Source: a virus. Taken from it: a DNA stretch of 64,000 bases. A model generated the notes under the pieces. The model was not told where the DNA came from. It did no database searches and saw only the letters and a program-made list of their open reading frames with translations. This document shows, piece by piece, positions 21,531 to 30,216 of the stretch (its first letter is position 1; each line of letters starts with the position of its first letter). A program made the position numbers and the translations under genes. The stretch covers positions 1-64,000 of the IMG/VR virus record IMGVR_UViG_3300046673_000114; one strand, given 5' to 3'.

Positions 21531-24043
21531 GTATAGTAACCGTAGAATCCGATGAGATTGCAGTTTTATTACCGTATGAACAGATTCCTTTTTCGAGTAT
21601 AGAAGCGGACGAAGTGTCTACGCTACTACTCGATGAGGTAACGCTTCCCGAATCGTGGTATCTAGAAGAAGCAGGAGTAAGCGTCGTTAGCACGCTTGTT
21701 CCGAACTTCGGTGCCGCTGGAACGGACTATCACGCTTATGGCGCGCAAAATGACTTTATAACGCTTCCGAGCGGCGCGACAGCGTGGCAGCTTAGCGGCA
21801 ATATGGATTATATAGCGATTCCTCGCGGCGTTAGTATTGATAACGTAACGCAAACGACCTTCGAATGGTTGTTCATCCTTAATGATTATAGTGGTAACCA
21901 CGCCGGTAGATTATGGTCAAAACGTCAGACTCACGACGGAAGTTTTGATGTTTACGTAGACGATATAAACGGCTGTATCGTAATTCAACGAGGCACGATT
22001 CTAAACGAGCTAGACGTGTGGCAGACGCCAAATAACGTAATAGACGTAGGTCAGTGGTGCAACCTTCAGATAACGTGGAACTGTGATATTTCGGCCGGTG
22101 GCGACGCGCCGATAATTATAATAAACGATACACCTCAAGAACTTCTTCACACGAACGTTGCGAATCCTGCTCTATGGGCGGATGATAGTAACGACGACGC
22201 GTTTATTGGAAATGTTATAGGTGGCGGCTATAATCTAAATGCGACAATAGCGGTATTTAGACATTTTACGACCATAAAAACCCCGTCGAAGCTTACTACG
22301 GACTATCTCGCCGACGTGTGGCGCACGAGTAATAAACAATTAGGCCCGATTACCGTCTCATCGGGACCAAGTAACGACACCGACCCGATACTCACTATTG
22401 AAAAGAATCTTAGTAACATCTACGCACAGACTGATTTCTCGACGGTCGTCACGCAATGCGAGCCGCGAGGCATAGGACAAAAGCCAGCAGAGCTTCGATT
22501 TAATAATCCTAATTATTATCCTAATGCACAAGCGTTACAGCTCTATACAACCGACACGAGTTGGGCGTATTTTAGACTTCAAAGTCCTTATGTTTATGCT
22601 AACGCTACATATTCTGGACAGCCGTTGCCTAGCACTATGCTCGTAGGAACCGGATTAACTGATTTCTGCAATATTTCGCCTACATTACAAGCCGATAGTA
22701 CATACCCCGACCCTAACATGGGAGAGTCACCGCCAGCACCTTATGACGGTCAGCCGATTGGACGTGATGACTTTGCTGGACACGGACTCGTTTTTAAACT
22801 AAACGCTAATACGCGTTTCACCGACGCTAGTTTTTTCTTATATAAAAAACCGGCAGCGACGGCCGGTCAAAAAGCGCATCAGTTTCTAGTAGGAATTTAT
22901 TATATACAAAACACCCCCGACGCGGCCCTAAATGAATACGTTCCATCTCAGGGGCCGTTAGTTTGGTATATCGGTGACCTCGACCAGATTCAGCCGGATA
23001 CGTGGGCGTGGTACACATTCCCCTTACAACAAGCAGCGATAAGTCATACACCGTGGGATTGGTACGCTCTAGTGATTTCAGTGTATCCGACGACCGGCGC
23101 GAATTGGGAAGGCGACATTCTTTGGGTCGGTTTTAAGATGACGAATGTAGAACCGACACAAAATACCCCGTATCAGTTTATGTGGACGTTCGCAGGTAAT
23201 CCCGCGTACTCTGCCGGAAGTAATGTTAAGAATTGGGCAAGCGCAGCAATGGCCGCGAAAGCACCGGGTGCTATGTCGCGCCCTGCTTGCGTTCTTCATT
23301 CAATAACAACAGATTTAACGAGCGAGTTTCAACAGAGTCTAAACGCGTGTCCGGGCTGGCAGCTTAAAATGCCGATAGCAAAATACTCGCCGACTTCGCA
23401 ATATTGGGCGCATTACCAACAAGCGCCGTGGCTTATCGATTGGGAGGCGTATTCGACAATGGGTAAAGTAGAAGGAACCTATAAATCAGACACGCTTTCC
23501 TCACACGACGCGCTCTTTAATGCCGGTGCAAATTATCTATCAACGGTGTCTAACCCGACTTATACAATTTCGCTAAGTGCATTAGACTTATACGATTTAG
23601 ACCCACAGAAGAATTGGGCGGAAGAGCTTCGTCTCGGAACGACGGTTATGGTACTCGACGCCGAGCTTAATATTCAAGAACAATGTCTCGTAACGAAAAT
23701 TACTAAAGATAACCTCGAGCAGCCTCACGACATACAGATAGAATTAAACAGTTTATACGCGACTGCGGCGAGGTCGATGGCGAACATAAATCAATCGAGT
23801 ATTACCTATCCAAAGTATCTAAGCGGCCAAACGGTCTCTGCACCGTATATAATGAGTGGTGCTTGCACTGATACGACCCCGGCATCACTCTACTTTGAGA
23901 TAAAAGAAGGGAGTACGCTTGTTCCGTCGGTTACGATAAGCATAAACCCGACACCATATCAGGTGGCGACGAGCACCGGCGTTACCTCTGATACAAGTAC
24001 CTCTACCGCGTTTAAAATGAAAATAGACGGTGTAGTGGTGTAG
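21527..24043 (+). CDS. Tail protein: LamG-like domain plus the C-half of the Tal/prophage-tail hub
   Basis: EKNLSNI..TDFSTVVT, LRLGTTVMVLD and IELNS hub motifs; ends at KIDGVVV. Confidence 0.75.
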   Translation: MSIVTVESDEIAVLLPYEQIPFSSIEADEVSTLLLDEVTLPESWYLEEAGVSVVSTLVPNFGAAGTDYHAYGAQNDFITLPSGATAWQLSGNMDYIAIPRGVSIDNVTQTTFEWLFILNDYSGNHAGRLWSKRQTHDGSFDVYVDDINGCIVIQRGTILNELDVWQTPNNVIDVGQWCNLQITWNCDISAGGDAPIIIINDTPQELLHTNVANPALWADDSNDDAFIGNVIGGGYNLNATIAVFRHFTTIKTPSKLTTDYLADVWRTSNKQLGPITVSSGPSNDTDPILTIEKNLSNIYAQTDFSTVVTQCEPRGIGQKPAELRFNNPNYYPNAQALQLYTTDTSWAYFRLQSPYVYANATYSGQPLPSTMLVGTGLTDFCNISPTLQADSTYPDPNMGESPPAPYDGQPIGRDDFAGHGLVFKLNANTRFTDASFFLYKKPAATAGQKAHQFLVGIYYIQNTPDAALNEYVPSQGPLVWYIGDLDQIQPDTWAWYTFPLQQAAISHTPWDWYALVISVYPTTGANWEGDILWVGFKMTNVEPTQNTPYQFMWTFAGNPAYSAGSNVKNWASAAMAAKAPGAMSRPACVLHSITTDLTSEFQQSLNACPGWQLKMPIAKYSPTSQYWAHYQQAPWLIDWEAYSTMGKVEGTYKSDTLSSHDALFNAGANYLSTVSNPTYTISLSALDLYDLDPQKNWAEELRLGTTVMVLDAELNIQEQCLVTKITKDNLEQPHDIQIELNSLYATAARSMANINQSSITYPKYLSGQTVSAPYIMSGACTDTTPASLYFEIKEGSTLVPSVTISINPTPYQVATSTGVTSDTSTSTAFKMKIDGVVV

Positions 24044-24047
24044 AACG

Positions 24048-25055
24048 ATGACAACATACGCAGCGTATCAATTATGTGCAGAATCATTCTCAAACTATGC
24101 TCAACTTAAAAGTCAGGGATTTATTGACCTCGTTCTAATTGAAAATATAAATAGTAGTTGTAACGCGTGTCCGGTTCCGCAGGGCTTTATAAACGGATGT
24201 ACTGCGCAGGGAATGGGTTCGCTCTTAAATAACGGTAATGACGCTGGCGGAGGTGGGGGTGGCGCGAATCAGTCATACTATGCCGGACTAAAAAAGCAGG
24301 GATTAAGTGGGGCCGGTGGTGAGTCTGAAAGTCTAGATGAAGTTAACGCCATTTTAGCAAACACAGATAGTACGTTTGTCTTTATGAACTATGGTGGACA
24401 GGGAACCGGCGGCCCAACAGGTAATAATAACATATGGGCTTCGCAGGGTGGTCACTGCTCGTATAGTGGTGGTGCAACGATAGGCTCAGGACAAAAAGTC
24501 TCTTCGTTTATAGAACCTTACGCACCGGGACTAATGTCGACTGAAGAGGTAGAAACCGAAGCCGGGTACAATAAAGACGCTGGTTGTTTTGAGGTTGGGA
24601 TTTTAATAGTAGATTGGTTCCCCGGTGCTAATTATGCGGGATATGCAGACGCGGTAATATCCTCAGGAGCTACCTTCGGGGGTTTTCAGTTCTGGTATGT
24701 AGAAGGAGACAGCGCGAGCGGAAGTAATAATTGGGGACCCGGAAGTAGCGATATAAATAATATGATGAAACAGTTTCCGCCGAATACTAAAAACATAGTG
24801 CAGCGCGCCGGTGGGTCGTCACCCGGTGGCGGCGGAGGTGGGGGGTCGGGGCCCGGTAGTAATATTCCGGCAATCACAGGCGGTAATACGTTCGGCGGTA
24901 ATAGTGAGGTTGATATTTTACCATATCTAACGCAAAATCATCAGGGTCAGCCAACGCCGGGTGTACACTACGTAGAGCTTAGTTCGGCAGATGGAATACG
25001 CGCACAAGTAACCGCTTCAGTACGCGTACGAACTTGGCAGCCAAAGGAGATGTAG
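24048..25055 (+). CDS. Putative virion glycoside hydrolase with C-terminal tail-attachment module
   Basis: Paralogous to the 49838 N-domain (NNGND, AGGESE, YGGxGTGG); poly-Gly linker plus a shared 67-aa module. Confidence 0.6.
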   Translation: MTTYAAYQLCAESFSNYAQLKSQGFIDLVLIENINSSCNACPVPQGFINGCTAQGMGSLLNNGNDAGGGGGGANQSYYAGLKKQGLSGAGGESESLDEVNAILANTDSTFVFMNYGGQGTGGPTGNNNIWASQGGHCSYSGGATIGSGQKVSSFIEPYAPGLMSTEEVETEAGYNKDAGCFEVGILIVDWFPGANYAGYADAVISSGATFGGFQFWYVEGDSASGSNNWGPGSSDINNMMKQFPPNTKNIVQRAGGSSPGGGGGGGSGPGSNIPAITGGNTFGGNSEVDILPYLTQNHQGQPTPGVHYVELSSADGIRAQVTASVRVRTWQPKEM

Positions 25056-26059
25056 ATTAGATAATGTCGCAATATATCTACTACAAGTTTGATAAAAGTT
25101 CGACTACAATCACAAATTATGGTAGTGGTGGTGCTGGTTGGAACGGAGCCGCTGCACGAAATCAGTATGCTACCGACTCAGCAGGGCATCCGAGGTGGGG
25201 GCCGCTAACCGGTAATCAAGATGTGATACACGTTCCCGGCGGTCTTAGCAATCCATATCAGCACACGTGGCAGATTGGATTAAATATTCAGCAGTGGTGG
25301 CCGGTTAAAGGTATAGACTCTAGTGGCATCCTTTGTGGTAACGACGGAAAGCTCTTTTCTTACGCTAATGACCAGTACTACGCCTACCTTCACGAAGAAG
25401 GGTCAACCGCAAGCGGGTCGCTAGTTGAAACAGGCATACATCATTTTACTGTTGAAATTGCGGACGTCGGTAGTGGTAGTGTTGAGTTTTGGCTTGGTGT
25501 GGGTAGTAGTAAACCCGTTCAAATATCTACTGATGGAGGCGAAGGTGACGAGGGTGGGCGACACTGGTGGGATTTCGACTACAACTTACAGTTAAACACT
25601 AATTACTATTTTCAGATTGTGATAAACCTTAGTAGCGGCGTGACGGGAAGCGATTATTATATTGGCAATTGTGCGCCGGGGTGTGCTGATACGATGGTAG
25701 TCGGCTTTCCGTGCGGATGTTACATTTACTCGTGGCGTGAAGATAACACAGTTCTTGACCTATCGGGCGGTGGCAACTGGAAAGACGACGTTGGCTGTTG
25801 GGCTGGTGGAACGTGCGGGGGCGCAGCCGGTGGCGGCGGCGGCGGTGGTGGTGGTCCCGGTAGCGTAATTCCAGCAATTACAGGTGGTAACACGTTCGGG
25901 GGTAATAGCGAGATTAACATTCTACCTTATCTAACGCAAAATCATCAGGGTCAGCCAACGCCGGGTATGCACTCTGTCGAGCTTAGTTCAGCAGATGGAA
26001 TACGCTCGCAAGTAACCGCTTCGGTGCGCGTACGTGATTGGCAACCTAAGAATATGTGA
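24852..26059 (+). repeat. 204-bp direct repeat (24852-25055 and 25856-26059) encoding the shared module
   Basis: 8 of 67 aa differ; many nucleotide changes are synonymous. Confidence 0.95.
25064..26059 (+). CDS. LamG-like adhesin with the same C-terminal attachment module
   Basis: TNYGSGG..WNG unit resembling the 14358 repeats; poly-Gly linker plus the shared module. Confidence 0.6.
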   Translation: MSQYIYYKFDKSSTTITNYGSGGAGWNGAAARNQYATDSAGHPRWGPLTGNQDVIHVPGGLSNPYQHTWQIGLNIQQWWPVKGIDSSGILCGNDGKLFSYANDQYYAYLHEEGSTASGSLVETGIHHFTVEIADVGSGSVEFWLGVGSSKPVQISTDGGEGDEGGRHWWDFDYNLQLNTNYYFQIVINLSSGVTGSDYYIGNCAPGCADTMVVGFPCGCYIYSWREDNTVLDLSGGGNWKDDVGCWAGGTCGGAAGGGGGGGGGPGSVIPAITGGNTFGGNSEINILPYLTQNHQGQPTPGMHSVELSSADGIRSQVTASVRVRDWQPKNM

Positions 26060-26175
26060 AGGTTATAAAATTGGCTTCAGACAAGAAAAGAAACGGTAAA
26101 TCGGCGGGACTTCGTAAAAAGAAACGAAAACGCTCGCGGAATAGTAAACAAGATGACTTCTAAAGGAGAAAAGAA

Positions 26176-26304
26176 ATGGACGCTCTTACTATCACGTTTA
26201 TAATAATCTGCGTCGCTGCTGGCGCGGATATTGCTATAGTTGGCACGAGTCTTTTAAGGATAATTCGACTCTTAAAACAGTATTTAGCCGCGCAGGAGAT
26301 ATAA
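26176..26304 (+). CDS. Small membrane protein (42 aa)
   Basis: AAGGAG RBS; hydrophobic N-terminus. Confidence 0.55.
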   Translation: MDALTITFIIICVAAGADIAIVGTSLLRIIRLLKQYLAAQEI

Positions 26305-26673
26305 ATGGAAGACGTTGTAAAGTGCATAGACGCAAGACTCGACGAACATCAGGAAAATATCTCTCGTATTAGTACTAGCGTCGAAGACTGCGAAGTTACC
26401 ATAGGGAAACAAGACGTTCGTATCGACCATCTCGAAGAGGGACTTAACGACGTGAAAGCGCACCTCGACCTACAAGATGAGACGACGGACAACCGCTTTA
26501 ACGAATTAAGCGATAAGATAGATTCAATCCAAGTTAATAACGTACAAGCAGAGTCAAACACGCGAAACGCATTACTCACTAAGCAAAACGCGTTTTATGT
26601 CTCACTAATCCTAGCGCTTATCTCACTCATCGGCTACTTACTCTATAACTCGATAAACATAGCGCATATCTAA
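26305..26673 (+). CDS. Coiled-coil protein with C-terminal TM helix (XhlA-like lysis protein)
   Basis: Heptad-like acidic region followed by a hydrophobic tail; end of the tail operon. Confidence 0.6.
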   Translation: MEDVVKCIDARLDEHQENISRISTSVEDCEVTIGKQDVRIDHLEEGLNDVKAHLDLQDETTDNRFNELSDKIDSIQVNNVQAESNTRNALLTKQNAFYVSLILALISLIGYLLYNSINIAHI

Positions 26674-26706
26674 ATTGGTATTCGGTGTTAAATTATAAAA
26701 TAAAAG

Positions 26707-26916
26707 GTGGTGATAAAAAAAATGGGTATAAAGTTAAGTTTAGGTGGTTCGCTTCCGAGCACGGCCGAGTGGCTTCTAATTATCGGTTTTATAGTCGGCG
26801 CACTTGGAATTGCCTCGCAGACGTTTTCATTTAGCGGACAAGACAGCGCAATAATCCTATTTGTGGTCGGCGTTCTGACGTTGCTCGCGAAGACCATTAC
26901 CTCTACATCTGCTTAA
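26707..26916 (+). CDS. Two-TM holin-like protein
   Basis: Two hydrophobic segments; last gene before the terminator. Confidence 0.5.
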   Translation: MVIKKMGIKLSLGGSLPSTAEWLLIIGFIVGALGIASQTFSFSGQDSAIILFVVGVLTLLAKTITSTSA

Positions 26917-26955
26917 GCGTTAGACTTCATTCTAACGCCCTTCTCTCTTTTTTTT
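26917..26955 (+). terminator. Hairpin plus T-tract ending the late operon
   Basis: GCGTTAGA-cttcat-TCTAACGC followed by a pyrimidine/T8 tract. Confidence 0.75.
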
Positions 26956-27297
26956 AATACCTACATACTTTAACACATACGTTATAGTTACTATGTTTAC
27001 ATATTTTGACATAACTAAACATAATGGGTAGCTACCACGGCCTAATTAACAACTGTTAATCTACAAACCGCTCGGTTTCGCGCTAAAGTATGTTGCGGAG
27101 TATGGTTTCAACGCACTAAATAGGGGGGGGTTAGACGCTTGAAACATAGCTGCAAGCACTTTTCCATTTAGAGCGTGTTATGTTGTTTATTAAGCTTCTA
27201 AACCAATATTAACGCGCCGTTTCGAAATGTGGATAATTGCGTGGTAACGGCCGATTATTTTTCATCATTTTATGCTCTTTTCTTTATGGTTACATAG

Positions 27298-27315
27298 TTA
27301 TATATAGTTAGACAT
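27298..27315 (+). promoter_or_regulatory. Conserved TATA-containing promoter motif TTATATAGTTARACAT (also 28638-28654 and 34229-34244)
   Basis: Three near-identical intergenic copies. Confidence 0.65.
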
Positions 27316-27330
27316 AGTAGTATATACTAG

Positions 27331-28538
27331 GTCAATTACCCACGCTAAAGCGATGGGCTTGTATCTCCTTCAACTTTTAGGGATACAATAGGCTGATTGA
27401 CGGCAGCCCTCGAAGCGATGTTCTTTGCCGCATTTATATCGGCGTTTTCAGTGTATCCACACGCAACGCAAACAAACTCGCTCTGTGTCTTGCGGTTCTT
27501 CTTGTCAATGTGTCCACACTCTGAACACTGCTTCGACGTGTTTCGCGGGTCGATTAGATGGACGGGAACGCCGTTGAGTTTCGCTTTGTAGTCTACGAAC
27601 CATCTCAACTGGCCGAACGCCCACTTACCGAGTCTACCACGCTGTGCCTTTCTAACCGTTGTCCGAGAGCGTATGTGCGTCAAGTCCTCTAATACAATCG
27701 CTCTCTTTGTGTCTTTGGCTATTCCAACAATAACTTTTGAAATACAATGATTGAGATTCGTCTTAAACTTCCGTTCTTTGCCGCTCGTCCGCTTCAGATG
27801 CCGCTTCGCGCTCTTGGTTCCTTTCGACTGAAGTGCTGACTTTAGCTTCGTGTAGCGCGTTCTAACAGCATCGGCCTTATCGCCACTGAAGTGCTGACCG
27901 TCGCTTGTGGTTGCGATATTGACAATTCCCAAGTCTACACCTAAGTAGCCTTCCGCGTTGTATTCTGTCACCCCTTCAACTTCCACGACCACGCAGAGAT
28001 AGAACGTTCCCTTTTGAAGTATCAAGTCGGCTTGTCCTCTGACTCGTCGCTGTTCAAGTTGGGCGTAGTCCCCGATTGAGAACGGTATGAGCTTTCGACC
28101 GTCGAGAGTCAAGATTGAAACCGAATCGAGAGACTTGAACGATAATATTCTTTGGTCATAGACAACAGCGCTGTGTGGTTTGAACGTGTGTAGCTCTTGC
28201 CGGTGTCCTTTGCCACGGTATGACTCTGAGACTTTGGCTATCGCTCTGACTGCTAACTGTGCCGATAAACCGTAGGTATCTCGAATATAACGATAATGCT
28301 GCTTTTGAAGCGTCCGTTTACCGAATACTCCTTCTTGATAGGAGACTGACGAAACGTAGTTGCACGCTTCGTTGAACCGTTCCATTGTGGTTAAGAGGGC
28401 AGCATATTGCTCGTCGGTCGGATTGAGCTTTGCTTTAACGGTTAGCAGCATCATAGAATATATGGCTCTATTCTTAGTTAAGTTTTGTGTTAGACGCGAT
28501 TCCTCTCAACGCTAAAGCAGTTGAGCTTCCTCGCTCGA
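27331..28538 (-). mobile_element. IS200/IS605-family tnpB-only element 1
   Basis: Subterminal hairpins at both ends; RE ends GGGTAATTGAC; LE preceded by TTTAT on the minus strand. Confidence 0.88.
27345..28454 (-). CDS. tnpB: RNA-guided nuclease TnpB
   Basis: GVDLG, LEDL, CSECG/CVACG zinc ribbon, NADINAA. Confidence 0.95.
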   Translation of the reverse strand: MMLLTVKAKLNPTDEQYAALLTTMERFNEACNYVSSVSYQEGVFGKRTLQKQHYRYIRDTYGLSAQLAVRAIAKVSESYRGKGHRQELHTFKPHSAVVYDQRILSFKSLDSVSILTLDGRKLIPFSIGDYAQLEQRRVRGQADLILQKGTFYLCVVVEVEGVTEYNAEGYLGVDLGIVNIATTSDGQHFSGDKADAVRTRYTKLKSALQSKGTKSAKRHLKRTSGKERKFKTNLNHCISKVIVGIAKDTKRAIVLEDLTHIRSRTTVRKAQRGRLGKWAFGQLRWFVDYKAKLNGVPVHLIDPRNTSKQCSECGHIDKKNRKTQSEFVCVACGYTENADINAAKNIASRAAVNQPIVSLKVEGDTSPSL

Positions 28539-28692
28539 ATAAATGTGACGAGCCCGACGGCGACGAAAAGTTAAAACGTCGCCTTATCTTTCTTTTTCGA
28601 TTTAAAGCTTAATACGTAACGCATAGTAGCATATAGCTTTATATAGTTAAACATCTATCTATAATATGTCGAAAGACGAGGTGACTACAAAA

Positions 28693-28821
28693 ATGCAAGA
28701 ACGTGAATCCGTTTATCAACGCGCGATGCGCGAGGGCTACAAGCCGTGGAAGGGTTCGAACGCTACGAAGCCTGCAAACTACTGGTTCGCGCCGAGAGAA
28801 GCGAAGAATACAAGGCGTTAA
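28693..28821 (+). CDS. Small early protein (42 aa)
   Basis: GAGGTGA RBS downstream of the promoter motif. Confidence 0.55.
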   Translation: MQERESVYQRAMREGYKPWKGSNATKPANYWFAPREAKNTRR

Positions 28822-28823
28822 AA

Positions 28824-29354
28824 ATGACCGTATCAGATGAAGAACTACACGTCCGCACGCACGGACGGCTTTTTTACTGTAAAGCGTGCGGATATAAAGT
28901 TATCGCGCTCGAGGACGAAGCGCGCGGTAGTCTCTGTCCGAAGTGTAATAAGAGAAAACTTGTAGTAGAAGACGAAGAGCAGGCCGAGAAGCAGAAGAAA
29001 ACGACCGATACGCGGATGAATAAAGCAAAGAAGATGTACAACTCGGGAATGAGGGCATACCCCGCAGCAGAGAATATGTGGTATGTTAAGGGAAGTAAAG
29101 GAGACGTCTACAGCGTAGCGCGAAAAGGAGACGAAGACTTTTCTTGCACGTGTACCGACTTCACCATTCGCGGCGGTAACTGCAAACACATTTACTTAGT
29201 TAAACTATGTTTACCTATACAAGAATTAGACGGGCTTATTATCCTCCCTAAAAATGAAACAAAAGAGGCTAGAGCCGAATTTGGCGCAAACGAAGCGATG
29301 AGTTTCTATGAGAATAAGAAACTTAAAAAACTACATCACGGAATCGATTGGTGA
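28824..29354 (+). CDS. Zinc-ribbon plus SWIM zinc-finger protein
   Basis: CKAC/CPKC; CTCTDF...CKHI. Confidence 0.75.
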   Translation: MTVSDEELHVRTHGRLFYCKACGYKVIALEDEARGSLCPKCNKRKLVVEDEEQAEKQKKTTDTRMNKAKKMYNSGMRAYPAAENMWYVKGSKGDVYSVARKGDEDFSCTCTDFTIRGGNCKHIYLVKLCLPIQELDGLIILPKNETKEARAEFGANEAMSFYENKKLKKLHHGIDW

Positions 29355-29360
29355 GTTAAG

Positions 29361-29903
29361 ATGGATATACGGGCAGAACGAATAAAAAATGGATTATGTA
29401 TGTATTGCGGGGTCGAACCTGCGCGTAAAGGAGTAAAGACTTGCGTAGTATGTTACAATAAATTTAAAGCTACACGCGAATCTTTAAAATCTAGAGGAAT
29501 ATGTCCTAGATGTCAAAAAAACCCTATAAAAAAGGGGCGCGGCACCTGCGAAGTATGTCTTAAACGGCAATTAGATATACGAAACCGTGATGCGAAAAAA
29601 GAGAGATACGATTCTCTTTACGGTCTTACTAACGGTCAATTACGCTGTACAAATTGTGGTTTACCATTTTATGAGGTATTACAAGTACATCATTTAGGAA
29701 ATAATGGTAAGAAACATAGAGAGAAGATTCATAAAGGTACATCGATACATCGTTTTATTATAAAACAAAACTTCCCAACCGACTATCTCGTTCTCTGCTC
29801 TAACTGTCACGATTTTTGGCATAAAGAAGGGCAACTTCCAACAAAGGAAGAATTAACTAAACTATATCGTGTAGCTCTAAAATTTTGTGAGGCTTCACAA
29901 TGA
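29361..29903 (+). CDS. HNH-like endonuclease with N-terminal CxxC repeats
   Basis: CTNCG..LQVHH...LVLCSNCH. Confidence 0.7.
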   Translation: MDIRAERIKNGLCMYCGVEPARKGVKTCVVCYNKFKATRESLKSRGICPRCQKNPIKKGRGTCEVCLKRQLDIRNRDAKKERYDSLYGLTNGQLRCTNCGLPFYEVLQVHHLGNNGKKHREKIHKGTSIHRFIIKQNFPTDYLVLCSNCHDFWHKEGQLPTKEELTKLYRVALKFCEASQ

Positions 29904-30214
29904 CGCGCCTCGATAACTACGAAAAATACCTCACGCTCACGCTTGAAGAGCTAGATAACGCGATACGCGGAACCGATTTCGAGATAATATAAGACGACGA
30001 GGAAGAAATGGTCTTTCTCTACGATAAGCTAAGATTTCATATAGAGGATATGACGTCTCCTTTAAATTATGATTTAGTCGATAGCGCTAGACTATGTGTC
30101 ACGAATCGAGATGATATAGTCCTCGAGAAAGATATTTTAAACCACGCGAGCGCGGACTATTCGCTTGCTCACGTGAAAGGGTTATACGAGTTTCTAGAAG
30201 TATCGAGGTGGTAA
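29900..30214 (+). pseudogene. ORF interrupted by a single in-frame TAA at 29990-29992
   Basis: ATG 29900 overlaps the upstream stop and is in frame with the 30008 ORF. Confidence 0.45.
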
Positions 30215-30216
30215 AA

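Noticed and set aside
24041-24050. Pyrrolysine/amber readthrough joining the hub to the next gene
   Set aside because: The next gene is in a different frame, and readthrough meets TAA after about 20 codons
24852-26059. Diversity-generating retroelement (TR/VR pair)
   Set aside because: Mismatches are largely synonymous and not adenine-specific, both copies are coding, and there is no reverse transcriptase in the window
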